From Octopus vulgaris (Eukaryota): a stretch of 64,000 bases of DNA. Position numbers and translations under genes: made by a program. This document shows, piece by piece, positions 62,495 to 64,000 of this stretch. The stretch is from the NCBI GenBank assembly GCA_951406725.2, contig OX597818.1:145266001-145330000 (forward strand). Direction: 5' to 3'. The first letter of the stretch is position 1, and every line of letters starts with the position of its first letter. The notes under the pieces are model-generated. The model worked only from the letters and a program-made list of their open reading frames with translations, searched no databases and was not told the origin of the DNA.

Positions 62495-62812
62495 TCATCA
62501 TCATCATTGTTCGACCGTGTTACTATATTACGCCAGACTTCACGGTCCATCATAGCATTACGGAGGTCCTGTTGCTCGATGCCTGTATCCCTGGAGATTA
62601 AATCAGGGTAGGGGAGTGTGCTCCTTCTGGTATCGCGAGCAGATGGCTTCCAGAGGAGAAGAGTAGAAATTACCTCGTTTTCAGTTCTACAACAATGGAC
62701 TCTTCTACCTGTCACAAGAGGTGACACAGGTGGTAATTTCCAATATATTTGTCGAGCTCAAACTTTCTCGTGGAAACGGCATCCAATCAAAGTAAAAATA
62801 TATGGGAAATTA
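62495..62812 (-). mobile_element. RTE-type LINE 3' fragment with inverted 5' piece and (GAT)n tail
   Basis: Minus strand: QIYWKLPPVS…HCCRTENEVISTLLLWKP…YPDLISRDTG…LRNAMMDREVWRNIV, then (GAT)n. Plus strand 62751-62812 encodes the upstream part SWKRHPIKVKIYGKL. Confidence 0.8.
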
Positions 62813-62959
62813 TGCAGAAGTAAGTAGTAGACAACAACTGACCTCATCAAGCCAGTAGTTCAAGTGATTATCATTATTAAAACCATATCACGCGGCTGAA
62901 TGTCCCTGAAGTACTAGGGTGTCAAAGAACTTTTCGACGATTCTCGTTAGAAGCGATGG

Positions 62960-63068
62960 TTATGAGTTTATGTCTATGTGTGGGACTTTTAGGCATCTGC
63001 AGATGCCTAAAAATCCCACTCATAAACAAAAACTCATAAAAGTCCCACTGATAGACATAAACTCATAA
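62960..63068. repeat. Spacerless palindrome with duplicated right arm
   Basis: Core TTTTAGGCATCTG|CAGATGCCTAAAA. The left arm TTATGAGTTTATGTCTAT..GTGGGAC pairs with two successive right-arm copies. Confidence 0.8.
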
Positions 63069-63129
63069 GAACCCCCCCCCCGCAAAAAAAACTCAACTGT
63101 TATAACAACACTTTTGACCCCTCGTTCAT

Positions 63130-63435
63130 TGATATTACTGTCTTCATTTTCGCTAGGCAAAACGTGCAATTTCCTGATCCGTTAAAATTAGAAATAGCTT
63201 TATCGACAATGCTCTATGGGAGTAGAGGGTCTTCAGATCCATGTTTCCGGTGATTCCGGAAGAATTAGGGCAGAAACACATGGTTTTTCCCGGTTTCATA
63301 ATCTAAATGAGTGAAGATGGTGCTTGTAACAACTTGAAAGTGTTTGTAGAGATTCCCGTGTAATATATTTCTGTACCATTGAAGAGTGATATGGATGCTC
63401 GATATATGCAATTACATGATATTCCGATGGTATGT
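63130..63435 (-). pseudogene. Penelope-like GIY-YIG endonuclease remnant
   Basis: Minus-strand translation with frameshifts gives NCIYRASI…IYYTGISTNTFK…YKHHLHSFR…(W>*)SIVDKAISNFNGSGNCTFCLAK. This matches the PLE pattern IY.A…YIG.T..FK.R..H..SF…WSI..KA…C.LCL.EK. Confidence 0.7.
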
Positions 63436-64000
63436 AAATTTAAAACTTCAAGCTTCCTCCCATTATTGTAGCCTGTCTAACCATTATGGTTGACATCATG
63501 AACGATATTAGCTTCATTACTGCCAAGACAACGACAACAACGACGACGACAACGACGACGACGATGACTACCACCACCACCACCACCACCATCATCATCA
63601 TCACCTACACACCTGCATCATCCGCATCATCATTCTTATAATCTTCTTCATAACTATCACTACAGCTATTAGCACCACTCGTCGTCATCCTTTTCTTCTT
63701 CCCCCTTCTCCCATCCTCCTTTCCCCCCTCCTCTTGCTTCCCCCCTTCCTCCCCTGCACCTTCATTCTCCTCCTCTTCTCCTCTTCTTCCTTATCCTTCC
63801 TCCTCTTTTTCCTCCTCCCCTCCCCTCATCTTCTTCTTCTTCCTCCTCCCTCTCCTCTTCCAACTCTTTAATATCACAGAAGTGGTAGATATTAAAGGTA
63901 CTTTTTAAGCTGATCGTTTGTGTGTTCGAAAGCTGTAGGTATGTAAGTTTCCTAACTTATTTTATTTTGAGGGAGATTTAAAATATTCACAGGAACTTGT

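Overview
AT-rich eukaryotic (metazoan) non-coding DNA, most likely intronic or intergenic. The microsatellite load and SINE families resemble an Octopus (coleoid cephalopod) genome; that taxon call is from memory and has not been searched. No host protein-coding exon is supportable, and nearly all ORFs in the track are translations of microsatellites. The window is a mosaic of simple repeats and transposable elements: a near-complete but disrupted CR1-clade LINE ORF2 (15.1-18.1 kb), further CR1, RTE and R4/Dong-type LINE remnants, mariner and Tc1 remnants, a non-autonomous Helitron, a hAT-like MITE, at least five SINE-like families and a Penelope GIY-YIG remnant. The most notable unannotated signal is a set of short Penelope-like (pLTR) inserts, mostly in (TA)n or related microsatellites, that carry minimal type I hammerhead ribozyme motifs: five with an intact CUGANGA/GAAA/UH core and intact stem I, plus several degenerate ones. 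Two of these inserts are long head-to-head palindromes with a ribozyme motif on each strand. Also notable are a SINE/CR1 shared 3' tail, SINE tail swapping, a SINE that may target GGTATT in its own family, and a twin-priming-like inversion in an RTE element.
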